From Lama glama (taxonomy: Eukaryota), in the NCBI GenBank assembly GCA_028534125.1, contig CM052817.1:54562001-54626000 (forward strand): 64,000 nucleotides of DNA, given 5' to 3'. A model generated the notes under the pieces. The model was not told where the DNA came from. It did not search any database and saw nothing but the letters and a program-made list of their open reading frames with translations. The translations under genes and the position numbers were made by a program. This document shows, piece by piece, positions 37,190 to 51,878 of this stretch (position 1 is the stretch's first letter; each line of letters opens with the position of its first letter).

Positions 37190-40100
37190 GGAGCTATGTC
37201 CTAGGATTAAGGGAAAAAGAAAAATAGAACCACTTTAACAAAGACTAAAACTAAGCTTCCATAAAATCAATGTAATAACCTGGTAATTTGACTGCCTGTC
37301 AGAAAAAAAGCTGATATAATTAGAGGAAGGTAACATACTCCAAAGTTTCTAAAATGCATCGTCCACAATATATATGGTGCACTCAATTGGAAATTACTAC
37401 ACATGCAAAAAAGTGGTTAAATCTCACCATAATCAAGAGGAAAAAAGTCAGTAGAAGTAGATTCAAAGATGACTTAGATGTTGCAATTAACTGACAAGGA
37501 CTTTAAAACAGTTATTATAAATATTTTGCATAATACAGAAAGAGAGAGAATTGGTAAGCTAATGCAGGATATTATCAGACCATCCAGACTATAACAAAAA
37601 ACAAGTAGAAATTTTAGAACTAAAAAATTACAACATCTGAAATAAAAAGTTTATTATATAGGATTTTGAGGAGATTGAACATTGCAAAAGAAAGAATAAG
37701 TAAACGTGAATTACAGTGTTATATAACACATGTATAATATTTTATATAAATTAAATATACATGTATATATTAAAACACATATGATATAAATTTATAAATA
37801 GTATTAAATTATGTAAATTCAAACACACAGAAAATATTTATTGAAAGATAATAAACTGTGCCTGTGTAGCCAGTGGAACAGTAACACATGGTCAAATGCA
37901 TATGTAGTCAGTATTCCAGAGAGGAAAGAGGAAGGAGGCAGAAAAAACAATTTTAAGTGTCTATTTTACAGGTTTGAAGAATAACAACACAGAATTCAAG
38001 AAGCTCAATCAAATTCAAGTAGGATAAGTACAAAAATGATACATATAGGAATGTCAAATTTAGACAGCTGAAGACCAAAGATATAGAGAAACACTTGAAA
38101 GTAGCCAGAGGAATAAAGGACATATAATAAGATGTAACTGGAACTTTACATCCAGTGAAGTCATCTTTCAAAAGTGAGGACAAAATGACAACATTTCAGA
38201 TAAACAATATTTGTGAATTAGAAACACATTCTAAAGAATGTAACAGAACTTTTTATCAGTCTGAAAAGAAAAATATCAGGAAGAAAAATTGAATCTAGAG
38301 AAAAGAATTAACTTTATTGGATAAGGTAAATATTTAGATAAATGTAAAAACATTCTTCATATATAGATAGATTCTTCAAAATACAGTTGACTAAAGCAAA
38401 AATAATTAAGTGTTGTGGGATTATAACATATGTAGAAGTAAAATGTATGAAACTATGAGCCAAAGAATGGGAGAGGGAAATGGAAATATAATGTAAGTTA
38501 CACTATATACCTCAAGAAGTACAGTATTATTTAAAGGTAGAATATTATAAATTTTATTTATTGCAAATAAATACAAATATTTATTATATATTGTAATTAC
38601 AATATATAAGGACATTTATATAATATTTCAATTATAATATATAAAATATACTTGCAATTATATATAATATATATTGCAATTTCAAATATACATATTTACA
38701 TACCTATGTATTTGTAAGCCCTTGAACATCACTAAAAACAAAGCAAAGCAAAACAAAACACAAAAAAGAGGTTTCACTAGTAAGAAAATAATGGAGATAA
38801 AATGAAACTTATATCCTCAATTTATTTAAAGGAAGGTGGAATACAAAGGAAGAAAGAAGTTCAGTTGAAGTGAACAGAAAATAAATATGATGGTGAATTG
38901 AAATCCACTCATATTAATAATTGCATTATATGTATAGATCTATAAATCCAATTAAGAAGCAGAAATTGTCAGATTGGATACAAAAAGCAAAATCCAATTG
39001 CTGCTTACAAGAAACTCACTTTACATACAAAGGCACAGATTGAATGAAAAGGAAGAGATTGAATGAAAGTAAATGACAGAAAAGGATATACATAAAGAAT
39101 CTGGACTGTTCCTGTTAGTTTTGGACAAAGTAGATCAGGAGAAGAAATAGTACCATGGTTAAAGGGGAAAATTTTGTATGATAAAGTTATTTAAGAAAAC
39201 AATCCTAAATAAATATGCATAGAAATAAGATTTCTTTGAAATATTTTATGAACTACTTGTACACTTAAAATGCAAAGTATTGTTGAAAGAAATTAAAGAA
39301 AACCTAACTAAACAAAGAGATATTCCATGTTCATGGACTGTAAAACTCAATATTATAAACATATAAATTTTCTGAAAATTGACCTATGAAGCAGTCTATT
39401 CAAAGTTCAAGCAAACTTTCTTCTAGAAGTTAACAGGTTGATGATAAAATTCATGTGGCAGTGCAAATGATCTACACTTCGCAAAATAATTTTTGAAGAG
39501 AACAAAGTTGGAGGACATAGACTACATAATTCTAAGATTAATCCTAAAATGGTATTAATTTAGGCTTTTGGTGTTGGTGTAAGTATACCATACATCAGTG
39601 GAAAGGCACATATACCGTTAATTGATTTTTGTGCCAAATCAATTGAATAAAGAAGAATAATATTTTCTCAAAATCTTTATTTTAATGAAAGACTCTAGAC
39701 ACAAGAAATTCTATACTGTATGAAACCATTTACAGAATTCTGGAAAAAGTTGAAAATACAGTGGCACAAAGCAGACAGTCAGTGACTGTCAGTGAGAGCA
39801 GAGGTTTGACTGAAGCAAGAGAGGAGCACAAGATAACTAAGATAACTTTTGAGGATCATGGAAATGTTCTATATCATGATTCTGATGGCTATTACATGAC
39901 TGTACATATTGATCAAGCTAACTGAATTGTACACTAATGTTGATTTTTAAAAGGTAAGTTTTATCTCGTTAGAATTATATAATGTGATTAACCACATTTA
40001 CAGAATAATGGGCATAAATCATATGACTACTGGAGTGGATGAAAAAGAAAAAGTGAAACTAAAACATAACAGATTTGATAAAATTCATTATTCAATCATA

Positions 40101-42545
40101 ATGAAAATTCTCAGCATTTTAGGACTAGAAAAGAATGTCTTAAATCTGATAAAAGGCATATACAATCTTCAGTTAACATTATTCTTAATGGTGAAATTTT
40201 GAGTGCATTTTCCTTAACATCAGGAAAAAAGTAAGGATATCTGCTTTCACCATTGTATTCAGCATTCTTTTGAAAGTCTTACGAGTGCAATAATTTTAAA
40301 AAAATGAAGAGCATAAAGGTTGGTTGTAGCATCTCCTCATTATATGAAATCAATTTATTAAAAAAAACTCCATTTCTGTATACTAGCAATAGTACATTGC
40401 TACATTATGTAGTGCTGCACAGTACTACAGTACGTTACTGAGAAAAAGTAAAGAATAAGTGAATAAATGGAGAGATATGTCATGTTTGCTATTGGAAGAC
40501 TCAATGTATAAGATGTAAATTCACTTCAGATTTAGCTATAGCTTCAGTGATAACCCTATCATACTACTAGTAAATGATTTTCTTTAGAGAATGATAAGCT
40601 TGATACTAATATGTATAGGGGAATGCAAAGGTCTCAGAAGAAACAAAATGACCTTGAAAAAAGCAAAGTGAAAATACTTACATAGTTTTAAGACATTGTA
40701 AAGCTGCAGTAATCAGAAGAGTGTAATATTGACGTTAGTACAGAAAAATAGGTCAATAGAATATGATAGAAGTACAGAAATAGATCCACAATATATGACC
40801 AAGTTATTTTAAACAAATGTGCCTATATAATCCAAAGGGGAAAGGAAAGGCTTTGAGACAAATGCTTTTCAAACAACAGGGTAACTACAGAAAAAGAAAA
40901 ATTACTCTTTTCAATACTATTCCTCCAAATTAATTCAAGACGAAACACACAACTATTCATGTTAAACTAAGACTTTAAAAAGTTTTAGACCTTAGATTAG
41001 ACAAATATTTCTTATACAAAAAAAATAAAATAAAAAATAAATACACTTAATCAAAATTAGAAACTTTTCCTAATCAAAGGACACCTTTACTGAAAAAGAA
41101 CAAACTGAACAATAGGGAAACATTCACAGTACATATATCTGACTGAGAACATTCATGAGTGACGAGAACTTCTACAAATCAATAATAAAAAGAAAAACAT
41201 CAATAAAATAATGGGAAAAAAGGCTTGGCAGATCATTACAAAAAAAGTATAAAAATGGCCAATAAGCTGTAAAAAGATGCTTAAAATAATTTGTCATCAG
41301 GGAATTACTAAAATAAAGCACAAAGACATAACACTTCACAATTGTTCTAGATTGTTAAAATGTAAAGGTAACAGCAGCAAATGTCTGTGAGGGTATGGAG
41401 CGTGTATATAATAAGCTGGAATGTTTACATACTTCTGGGGCCTGTAAAATTGTACAACTACTTTAGAAACCTATGTGACAGTTTCTTATGAAGTTAAACA
41501 TACCCTACTCTATGACTCAACAATTTCATTGTTTTTATCCAGGAGAATGATAGCAAGTGTCCTCAAAAGAATGTAGACAGAAGTGTTTATGGAAGCTTTA
41601 TTCTTTACAAGCCTTAGAATTAAAAGAACCCAAATGTCCTTCAACAAAAGAGTGAATAAACAATTTAAATCTATCACACAAAAGAATAGTTCTTTACAAT
41701 AAAAAAGAAGGAAGTCTGATTCTAGACTGGTTTCTATAGAGGAGAGAAAGTTCACATAGAGGACCTACTTGAGGCCACTGACAACATTAGAACATAGGAT
41801 AATTTATTAAAGAATCTGATTGTAGTTAAATTTATTGAATATAACACATAATGCGATTTTTGTATAAGAATATCTATTTTTAGGTAGCCCACCTAATATA
41901 TATGGATAAATAGCCATGATGCATGTAACTTTTCGAATGTTTGAGAAATTTTTTATATATTGGGTAAAGTGTATATATGGAGATATTTATGTAGTTGCAT
42001 ATATATGTATATATATGGATGTATGTATGTATATGTGTAAATATATATATACACACACAGAAAGCACACACATGTTAAAATAAATCGTGAAATCCTATCA
42101 AGTAAATCTAGCAAAGAGGCATATTTTTTTTGTGTGTGTTATTACTTTAATTCTTGTAAATTTTTTATCAATATGAAATTACTTCCAAATAAAAGATTAA
42201 TTGTTTTTGGGGAAAAAATGAACTACTGAAAAAGACAAAGATGAATGTCAAAATACTATTTTGAGTGAAAGAAGCTGAAGACAAATGTGTACTTACTATG
42301 ATTCCGTTTCGATAGTGTTCTACAGTGGATAAAGCAAAGCTATAACGTTAGAAATCACAACTGTGGTTGCCTGGGCAGGGAGTAGAGGGATGTTTTTTAT
42401 TAATTGACTAAAAAGGAAACAAGTGAGCATTCAGAGGTGAAGGGAATGCTCTATAGCTTGATTTCGTTGTTAAGTCGCATGGTTTATATACATTTATACT
42501 CATGGAGCTGTATTAGGAGCTGTGCATTTTACTGTATGTAGAAGA
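37190..42545 (+). mobile_element. Old degenerate L1 mosaic (L1MC/L1ME-like; at least two elements)
   Basis: A-rich sense strand with ORF1 remnants (37300-38330), endonuclease remnant (ctgcttacaagaaactcacttt, ~39000), RT remnant (ORF 39984..40202, INHI.RI...HM...FDKIH...LNLIKGIY), C-terminal region (41100-41700) and 3'UTRs (39690-39980, 42220-42545). Confidence 0.85.
41995..42072. repeat. (TA)n/(TATG)n/(CA)n simple repeat
   Basis: Visible directly. Confidence 0.8.
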
Positions 42546-42792
42546 TATTTCAGTAAAATTAGATAATTATAAAAATTCATTCCAGCAGGCAACATAGATA
42601 AGCAAAATTCAGGTTTCCTTTTGGCTCTCATTGAAGGGTCTGTTTTGAAAATTTGCTTTCTGGGCCTAATATTAACCTCATTTTCCAGCATCGACTGACT
42701 AGTTATTTTATTGTTTTATACTTTATTTTATTCATCAGTAACGTCTATATATCTGAATATATAATTCACAAAATGCGACTAGGTTTCTAAGA

Positions 42793-42969
42793 GTGTGCTG
42801 GTAAATTAAAAACCTGCATTTTGAAAAGAAAAAAAAAAGAATAAAATAAGTCTCCTTGCAAACACTCCTGCAATGGCCAATTTTAACCACCAACATGATG
42901 TCACTAAAGAAGCAGAATTAGGGAGAGATAGTTAATACCAGCTGTGGTGGTGGCTTCAGCACATCACTG
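42793..42969 (-). mobile_element. MER63-like MITE (hAT-Blackjack)
   Basis: gtgtgctggtaaat ... aaacactcctgcaatggccaattttaaccaccaacatgatgtcactaa ... ggcttcagcacatcactg. Confidence 0.75.
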
Positions 42970-44574
42970 CCTTTTTCTGTATACATTTCATGTCTACCTA
43001 TGTAAGGAACGCTTTTCACAGTGCACAGCAAGATCTGAAACAATAAGCAGATCACTACTGCCTGCCTGCTGTTTGGCAGTTTGGATACTCTTGGTTGCTG
43101 GTGATCACCTATCCTATTTTGATTCTTTTCTTTTCTAGTGACTTTTCTTTCTTAGCTGAATTTTCAGCTTCTTTACCTTTGTAAAGCTTGTAGCTGACAT
43201 CTGAGGAAAGACTGTTTAGGTCCATGACTAGCTGAATAAGCATTGGATACTGCTGATGGTGATTATTTTTTACCTGGTGGCATTAGGAGATGTTTGCAGA
43301 CACTGACATTGTCAGAATACTTATCCTTTACTGCAGGTATTGCCCTGAAAAATCTTGATTTTGTGTCATCTCTGATTAAGAAGGGCCTGTCCTCTTCACC
43401 TCAGCTCATGAGGCCGTTCTTTCAGGTTTCAAACCTGGAGCTTCTTTGAAAAACGTATGAAAAATACAGCTGCTTTCCCAATCTCTTCTCCTCTTCCTTT
43501 TCTCTAGGGTGTCTCCACTAAATTAAAGAAATATAGTCACTGATCTTAAGTCAGTGAAAAGATTCAGAATTTTTAAAGAAGTTGTTTTCAATATATGTTG
43601 ACAGACAAACCCTAAAGGCATTTATGATTGTAAACAAGAATTTTGCCAGTTGGTTATCTGATTGGCAACTTAACTTTATACTCCCTTCCCTAGTGTAGGT
43701 TTTTTTTTTTTTAAAAACCCACCGATTTTAAAAAGCTCATTAAGTTCCTGCTAACATTTCCCATGTGCAGTTTTTTGGGGGTTTTTTTGAGGAAGTATGT
43801 TTCTCCCCTACTATCTAGACTGGCCATTATATCTGCACTGTTCTACAATATTGTAGGAAAAAAACTAATCTGTTTCATGATGTCTACAAATATTCTTTCT
43901 TACTCTAGTTTTTTTAAAAAAACAATTAGTATAGTTTATTTTAATTTTGATTGTTGCATTTTTAGCATTTTATAGTTGTATGATTGTGACTCAGATGACA
44001 AAACAATACATGGCAAAATAACTCCTTAAATTTATTCTAGGGAAAAATTGCAGACTTAAATTTATGAAATTTCATCTCAGCATTATTTACATGTGTGAAA
44101 ATTCCAACTACTAAATGCAAAACATAACAGTAAACTACATAAAATGATTCATATTTTATTAAATAAACTGCAGACATAAGAAGAAAGATATAGAAGAATA
44201 AAAACATGGGAATATTATTGATATGTTAGGTCAGATTATAAATAATTATGTAGGTTATTATGTCACTTTTATTTAAAATACATCAAAAATCATTATCAGT
44301 AATCCTCATTAGGTGGTAAGATGGTGGCAGGATTCACTTTTTTTGTGTGATTTTTTATACTGTCTAAAATTTTCAACACGAACATATTTTTATACTAAGA
44401 AACTTAAGTAGATTAAATAATTGTGTTCCAGGACAGTAGAACCTAAAAACAAATATAATTATCTGAGCTTTTGCTTCTCTTTTTTAAATCTATAAGCGTT
44501 CGGGCTCTTGGATGCCATTACTGCTATGCCTGTAAGAGTTTCCCTCCCTCCCTTCTTTTCTCCCTCCTCTCCTT

Positions 44575-45150
44575 TCATCTTTTAATCATTCCTTTCTTAA
44601 ATACTTTATTGAGTTTCTACCACATTCTAAGCACTGGGAATGCAGACAAGGTCTCTGCCTACATTCTCCTGGAGGAGAAAGATAACATACCTTAACTATT
44701 AAGCAAATAAGAGAATTGCAGGTAGTGACAAGTGATTAAAAAAAAATAAAACAAGGTGATGGGTTAGTGACTAGCAGAGGGGTTTGGGGATATGTGAGGG
44801 TGCCTTAGAGTGGGTGGTCAGGGGAGTGCTCTCAGAAGAGCTGACATTTGATCTGTTTTGAACCAAGAAAAGATTTGGAGGAAAACAGTTCCAGATACAG
44901 GTGTTATGTGAGTAGGAGGGAAGAATGGTTCAAGATGGGTTGGAGCAGTAGGAACTGGGTAGCTCATGTGGGACCTTAGATTTTGTTCTTAATGCAATGG
45001 GAAGTTCTTGAAGGATTTCAGTTAAGAGTATCAGGTGGTACAATGCAAGATTTTAAAGACTACACACTGGCTATTGTATGGAGAATGGCTGGATGCCAGT
45101 GGGCAAGCATAACTCAGGGCTACAGTTAAGATGTTACTGCAGTGATTTAA
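44575..45150 (-). mobile_element. LINE-2 (L2) fragment
   Basis: aaatactttattgagtttctac...ttctaagcactggg, ggtggtcaggggagtgctctcagaagagctgacatttga, acactggctattgtatggagaatgg. Confidence 0.8.
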
Positions 45151-47329
45151 ATAGAAAAGGGCTTATATTTTCTGTTGACACATTAGCTATCTAGCTTCTA
45201 TCTTCCATCTAATCATTAAGTAATTTATTCTCCTTAATTATTTTCTTCTTTTGCTTTTGACACAATTTTTATTCCCTTTCCTTCACTCAGTATTTCAATA
45301 CCTCATAGCTTCTCTGTCCTCATGAATTTGGCTCTCTGGGATTGCTCATTCCAATTCAACTTCCCTGCCTCTAAGCCCTGATTGTACCTCTTGATCATTT
45401 ATATGTAATTGTTCAGCTCTATGTCCCTCTGTCAGTTGCTCAGCTCTATCCAAGCTGTCATGCCAGAGAAAATCAGCTTAATTATGCTTTTTACCTTAAT
45501 ATAGCAGGCAACATCATGTGTTGCTGGAGTGCCTGTAGATTACTGTTGAACTTAAATATCTGTTTCTGATTTGGCTAAGAGAGGTCTAAGACAAGTTGTA
45601 CGAGTTGTAGCCATCGAGGACTACCCTCTCATCAGGAGCTGTAAATAGACTGATTTCACTTAAAAAGAGCCATGGGAGTACTGGGCATCAGATTCGGCTT
45701 GCTGGGACAGCTTTGTGGCATTTTTCTTTTGATTGATTAGTAAATAGTTCTCCTAAGAAATCCAGTTAATAAGAAAACTTGTGAGTAGAAGAGACCTATC
45801 ACTGACAAATAAAGAATAATAAACTCATAGTTAGGGACTTGGATCCTGTGTGTGTGTGAGTGTGTATAAGAGAGTGTGTGTTTCTGGTTAGTATGCCACA
45901 CTACAAGAGGAAGGCATGACTTGTTGTTTTGGAAGTCTGAAATTGTAGGCATAGGACAGAAAATAGTTTTCAGTTTAGAAAAGTCTGTAAATGCCTCAAT
46001 TTATTAAAGGACAAACTATCAAATACGAGTTGATTGAGAGTATGTTGTACCTGTTTGGGTCCATGATGATCAAGAAGTAATTTTGGTAAATTTGCAGATT
46101 TAACTAAAGCTAATATTAATAATGCCTAGAAATGTCAGAAGTCTTGAGAAGATCTTTGTGTTACACCTATTTTTTTCTTCACCAGAGTGGCCAGTGGGGG
46201 TGAAATGTAAAGTATTAATCATTCAACCTATACTTTAGTTAGATCTCTGTATCATCTCTCTTGTTAAACATGACTGGATGATTCTAGTCAGGTTTTTCCA
46301 TATCATTGGGATTTCTTATTTTGGGACTATATATCTAGATACATGTAACACTAGCTAAACAGTGTATTTTCTGATAAATTTATAAATAGATAAAATATAA
46401 GTGGAGCCAAAATAATAAAAAGGTTATTTTTTAAAAGTATGGGTAATTTAAAAAAATATAAATTAGGTAACAAATTTTCCAATTTGTACCTAAAAGCAAT
46501 TTGGTTAGTAAGATTGTATCTTATTTTGAGCCCCAAACACAATTGAAGAATTTCTTGCAAATAGAAGCAAGTATAACTGTAACTCACTTATTATTTTCTA
46601 TTTCTTAGCCAAGATCTGGGCTCTGCCATGCACTCTCTCAACAACCAGCATTTTTGCCTAAGAGGAAAAGCATTGTGTCATCGATTTTAATTACACATCT
46701 TGTGTTTGGCAGTAATGCTACTGTTGGTTCTGCCAAAGCTGTGAGTCTCTTTTCAAGGATATTTCTTGGGATTACATTCAATGTTATGCATGGTTGAATC
46801 AGAATTGGGGCACAGAGAATTTTTGGCCACATTTGAAAACTTCATACAGATAAAAGGAAAGGAATTAAGTTATAAGTGTTTACCTACTTAGCTCTGTGGG
46901 GCTGATTGGAATAATGGGCAAAAAGAATTGACTGAAATCTATAAAGGCTAAATTGATCTACGTAACATAACATACAGATGAGTGTGAGGGATACAGAGAG
47001 GGCATATAATAATGCAAGCCAATGCTGAAGCACTGAGGGAGTTTTGGGAGAAAAGATTTTTGGAAATCAAATATAGAGTCAGAGAGAGGAGACATTTTCT
47101 GAGCAACCCATTGTGAATATTCGGAAACAGAAAGTAGCAAAAAGAAGTTCTAAAATATGTTACTCTATGTCAGCACTGTATCTCCCTTTGTTCATCTTCA
47201 GAAACATGAGTAAAAATATATTTCATTACATGCTGAATGTGATGGAAATGTGCCACAAGGCAGAAGCAAGAAGGCCCAGTTGCTTTCAGCTTACTTAGGA
47301 AAAAACACCAGTCCTGGAAGACACCTCAA

Positions 47330-47440
47330 TTTTCCAGCCTAATCCTCTCAGAGAGAGAAGTGAGCCCAGAGAAGGTTAAGTATTTGCCTGAGGTCACATG
47401 GCTAATAGAAGGAATCCAGTACTAGAATTCAAGTTTTCTT
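47330..47440 (-). mobile_element. MIR fragment
   Basis: gagcccagagaaggttaagtatttgcctgaggtcacatggctaa...actagaattcaag. Confidence 0.75.
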
Positions 47441-48025
47441 CTTGTGTATTAGCACCTATATGTAATCTCAGCTAATGCTACACAGTTTCATGCTATTAAT
47501 ATATTGAATTTATTATTGGATATCATTAAAGCAATTGATGTCAAATATGAGAAAAAATTAAATGAATGTTATTATATAAGGAAATAATGAAAAATAGTAA
47601 TAGATCTTTTACCAGTTGCTTTGAACCAAGACTAACAATGACAAAAGAACAGTGGGCTACCAGGATACCATCATGCAACTTTCAAATAACTGTCCCCACT
47701 GGGCAAATTTTACTGTTGGTTTAATTAATAGCATTATTGGTGCTTGGCTTAATTACTTGCTTTATTGACATTTTTTCCACTTCTTAATTGTCAATCAATT
47801 ATCGATATTTATTAACCTTCAATAGTACCTTTATTTATATAACAACACAAATCAATAATATATTTATTTATAGATTTATATAAAAATAAACAACAGCAGT
47901 ATCTGATGACATTCCAGGTACTGCTGTAGGAATTCTATTTATATTAATGAGTTAACCCTCATGATAAGTTTATTACATATATACATTTACCCTGTTTTCC
48001 ACATGGGGATATTTAGGTAAGAGAA

Positions 48026-51000
48026 TTTATTTGTTTTTTTATTGTGGCAAAAAACATACAATATGAAATTGAAATGTACCCTCTTAAGCAAATTTTAAGT
48101 GTGCAGTACAGTATTGTTAACTATATACACATTTTTGTACAGAAGACCTCTGGAATATTTTCATCCTGCTTGACTGAAATTCTATACTTACTGAATAGCA
48201 ACTCCCATTTCCACACACTCCTACCCCCAACCCCTGGCAAGCACCATTCTACTTTCTGATTCTATGAGTCTGACTACTTTAGATACTTATATAAGTCGAA
48301 TCATGCAGTATTTTTCCATTTGTGACTGGTTTATTTCATCCTCAAGTTTCATACATGTTATAGTATATGACAGGATGTCTCCTTTTTTTAAGGCTAAATA
48401 ATATTATAGTGTGTGAGTGTGTGAGTGTGTGTCTGTGTGTCTGTGTGTGTATCTCACATTTCCTTTATCCATTCAGCCATTTATGAGCATTTAGGTTGCT
48501 TCTACCTCTTGAAAATTGTGAATGAAGCTGCAATGAAAAGTAAATTCAAATTATCTCATGGAGATTCTATTTTCAGTTCTTTTGTATAAATACTTGGAAG
48601 TAGGATTACTGGATCATGTGGTAGCTCTATTTTTAAGTTTTTGAGGTTTGTCTAAATGGCTGTACCATTTTATATTCCAACTGTGCACAAATATTCCATT
48701 TTCTCTACATCCTTGCTGTCACTTATTTTGATTTCCTTTTTTATTATAACTATCCTAACAGGTAAAAGGTTACACCCAATTGTAGCCTTCATTTACATTT
48801 CTCTTATAATTAGGGATTTGAGCATCTTTTTATATACCTGTTAGCCTCTATGTGTATTCTTTGGAGAAATGTCTATTCAAGTTCTTTGCCCATTTTTAAT
48901 CAGGATTTTTTTTGTTTTACATTTGAGTTGTAGGAGTTTTAAAACATTTTAGGTATTAACACTTTATTACATATAAGGTTTGCAAATATTTTCTCCTAAT
49001 CTGTAGGTTGCCTTCATTCTGTTGCTTGTTTCCTTTACTGTGCAGAAGCTTCTTACTATGATGTAGCCTCATGTCTATTTTTGCTTTTGTTACCTGTGCT
49101 TTTAGTGTCCTATCCAAGAAATTATTGTCAAAGTCAATGTCATAAAACTTTTCCTTTGCTTTTCTCTAATAATTTTATAGTTTCAGGTCTATAAGTTTTT
49201 AATCAATTTTTCATTGATTTTCATGTGTGATATATGTGTCCAACTTCATTCTTTTGCACAGTGATATTCAGTTTCCCAATACCATTTGCTGAAGAGACAG
49301 TCCATTCCCTATTGTATTATCTTTGTCATTTTCGTCAAAGATCCTTTGACTGTATATGTACAGGTTTATTGATGAACTTTCTCTTCTATTCCAATGGTCT
49401 GTATGCCTGTCTTTATACCTATATCATACAGCTTTGATTACTGTAGCTTCGCAGTATATTTTGGAATGAGGACATAAGATACCTCAACTTTTTTTTTAAA
49501 ATTGCTTTGGATAGCCAGAGTTCTTTGTGATTACATATGAATTTTAGGATTATTTCTTTCCATCTCTGAGAACAATGCTGTTTTCAGAAAGCATTGAATT
49601 GAATTGTAGATCAGTTTGGATAGTATGAACATTTAAATAATATTAAGTCTTCCAGTCCATGAACACAGGATGTCTTTATTTGTGCCTTCTTTACCTTCTT
49701 TCAGCAATATTTTTGTAGTTTTTGTGTATATGTCTTTTGTCTCCTTGTTTAAGTTTATAGCTAAGTATTTTTTGATACTATTGTAAATGGACTAATTTTA
49801 TTAATTTTCTATTCATATTGTCAGTGTACAGGTATGCAACGGAGTTTTGTATGTTGATCTTGTTTCATGACACCTTGCTGAATATATTATTAGCTCTAAT
49901 ACTTTTTTAATGAAATCTTTAGGATTTTCTACATTTAAGATCACATCATCTGCAAACAGGAACTTTTGCTTCTTTCAAATTTAGATGCCTTTTATATCTT
50001 TTTCTTACCTAATTACTCTAGCTAGCAATTTCAGTACTATGTCGAATAGAAGTGGTGAGAGTGGGCATCCTTATCTTATTCCTGATCTTATTGGAAAAGC
50101 TTTCATCTTTTTACTGTTGTATGTGCTGTTAGTTGTGGCTATTATATAACATTTATTATGTTGTAGTAATCTTCTATTCCTAGTTTGTTGAGAGTTTTTA
50201 TCATGAAATGGTGTTGAATTTTGTCAAATAATTTTTCTGCATCTTTTGAGGTGATTATATGATTTTTATCCTTTATTTTTTAATGTCAAATTTATTGGTT
50301 TTCATATGTTGAAATTTCCCTGCCTTCTAGGGATAAATCCCACTTGATCATGGTGTATGATCTTTTTAATGTGCTTTTGATCTCAGTTTGCTAATGTTTT
50401 GTTGAGGCCTTTTACATCTATGTTCATCAGGGATTATTGTCCTATAATTTTCTTTTCTTGTAGGGTCATTGTCTGGATTTGGTATTAGGATAAATCTTGC
50501 CTTGACAAATGACTTTGAAAGTGTTCTCTCCTCCTTAGTTTTCTGGAAGAATTGCACAGGATTGCAGCTAAATTTTTTTTTTTTTTAAATTTTTGGTAGA
50601 ACTCTCCAGTGAAGCAATCAGGTCCTGGGTTTTTCTTTGGGAGAGTTTTGATTACTGATTCAATCTTCTTACCTGTTATTGGTCTGTCCAAACTTTCTAT
50701 TTATTTATGATCCAGTCTTGGTAGGTAGTATAATTCTAGGAAATTTCCATTTCTTCCACGTTGTCCAATTTGTTGCCATATAATTGTTATAGTATTCTCA
50801 TAATTCTGTTCATTTCTGTAGCATCAGTTGTAATGTCTGCTCTTTCATTTCTGATTTTATTTATTTGAATCTTGTCTTTTACTTTTCAGTCTAGCTAAAG
50901 GTTTGTTAATTTTGTTGATTTTTTTAAAAAGCTCAGTTTCACTGATTTTTTTCTGTTGTTTTTCTATCCTCTATTTTGTTTATTTGTTCTATAATCTTTA

Positions 51001-51070
51001 GTATTTCCTGAGTTCTGATTTTTTGAATTTAGTTTATTCTTCCTGTTCTAGTCTATTGAGATATAAAGTT
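48026..51070 (-). mobile_element. ~3 kb 5'-truncated L1 (L1MA7/8-like), degenerate
   Basis: T-rich tail at ~48026, L1MA-type 3'UTR, then antisense ORF2 back to the RT N-terminus (ORF 50485..50691 [31 protein letters not shown]; 50366..50557 KENYR). Contains (GT)n at 48408-48450. Confidence 0.93.
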
Positions 51071-51074
51071 AACT

Positions 51075-51320
51075 TTTTAATTAATATTTTATGTTCTATC
51101 ATAATATGTAATATATAAATATGCAATGTAATTAATAATATATAAAATTAATTATATTAATATAACCAATTACATTAATATAATTAATTAAATTAATATA
51201 TATTATATAAATATATTAATATAATTGTATACCATACATTATATAATTAAATATATTAACTATAAAATATGATAATTAATATAATATCAATATAAACTAT
51301 TTTATATTGTAAATCTATTG
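51075..51320. repeat. AT-rich low-complexity tract
   Basis: Almost pure A/T (tataattaat-like units) at the L1 5' junction. Confidence 0.85.
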
Positions 51321-51324
51321 TAAC

Positions 51325-51878
51325 TGTAAGATGTCGTTAGCATGTATTTTCTCCTTCTATAACACTAAGAAAGAAAATGAAAGTATTTTCAATTAATATG
51401 ACCCAGTACTTTCTTATTCCCTGGAAGTGCTGCATTATAATTACTGAAAAAGCTGTTTAAGTCTAATTTTTGACATAGACTTTTTATATATCACACTTAT
51501 GAATATGTTAAAACAACTATGTAAATGCAATTAATTTAGAATCTTTAGTGATTTCTAAAATGTCTTCACGTTTAGAATCTTCTGAATCTATGTCATCAGA
51601 GACTATATATTTTCAGATAATATTGTCTTCTGGGATGTCAAGAGAATTAATGATACAGTAGTTATGAAATAGTCCTCTGCTATAGTCTTCAGAACTTTCT
51701 ATCAAACAGCTCCCACCCATTCTGTAAGTTTTCATGTTGCTTGTTTGGTTGTTAGTACAAGGACTGGCAATGAAGCTACATCATTGACCTGCCAATAATA
51801 CTTACTTGACACTATTCTGATTTTAGATATGTTAAGATGTGAGAAAAATGTAGGTCTTAAAATCAGTAACATTTGGTA
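51325..51878 (-). mobile_element. TcMar-Tc2 DNA transposon remnant (Kanga1/MER104-like)
   Basis: Terminal ctgattttagatatgttaagatgtgagaaaaatgtaggtcttaaaatcagtaacatttggta, preceded by ggcaatgaagctacatca. Confidence 0.6.

Noticed and set aside
43274..43344. Minus-strand exon candidate (tttttcag|...CAG|gtaaaa)
   Set aside because: Short polypyrimidine tract, weak donor, 71 nt, and an unrecognised peptide.
46705..46737. tttggcag...ctgccaaa inverted repeat as a possible miRNA hairpin
   Set aside because: The stem is only 8 bp, too short for a pre-miRNA, and matches no miRNA I recognise.
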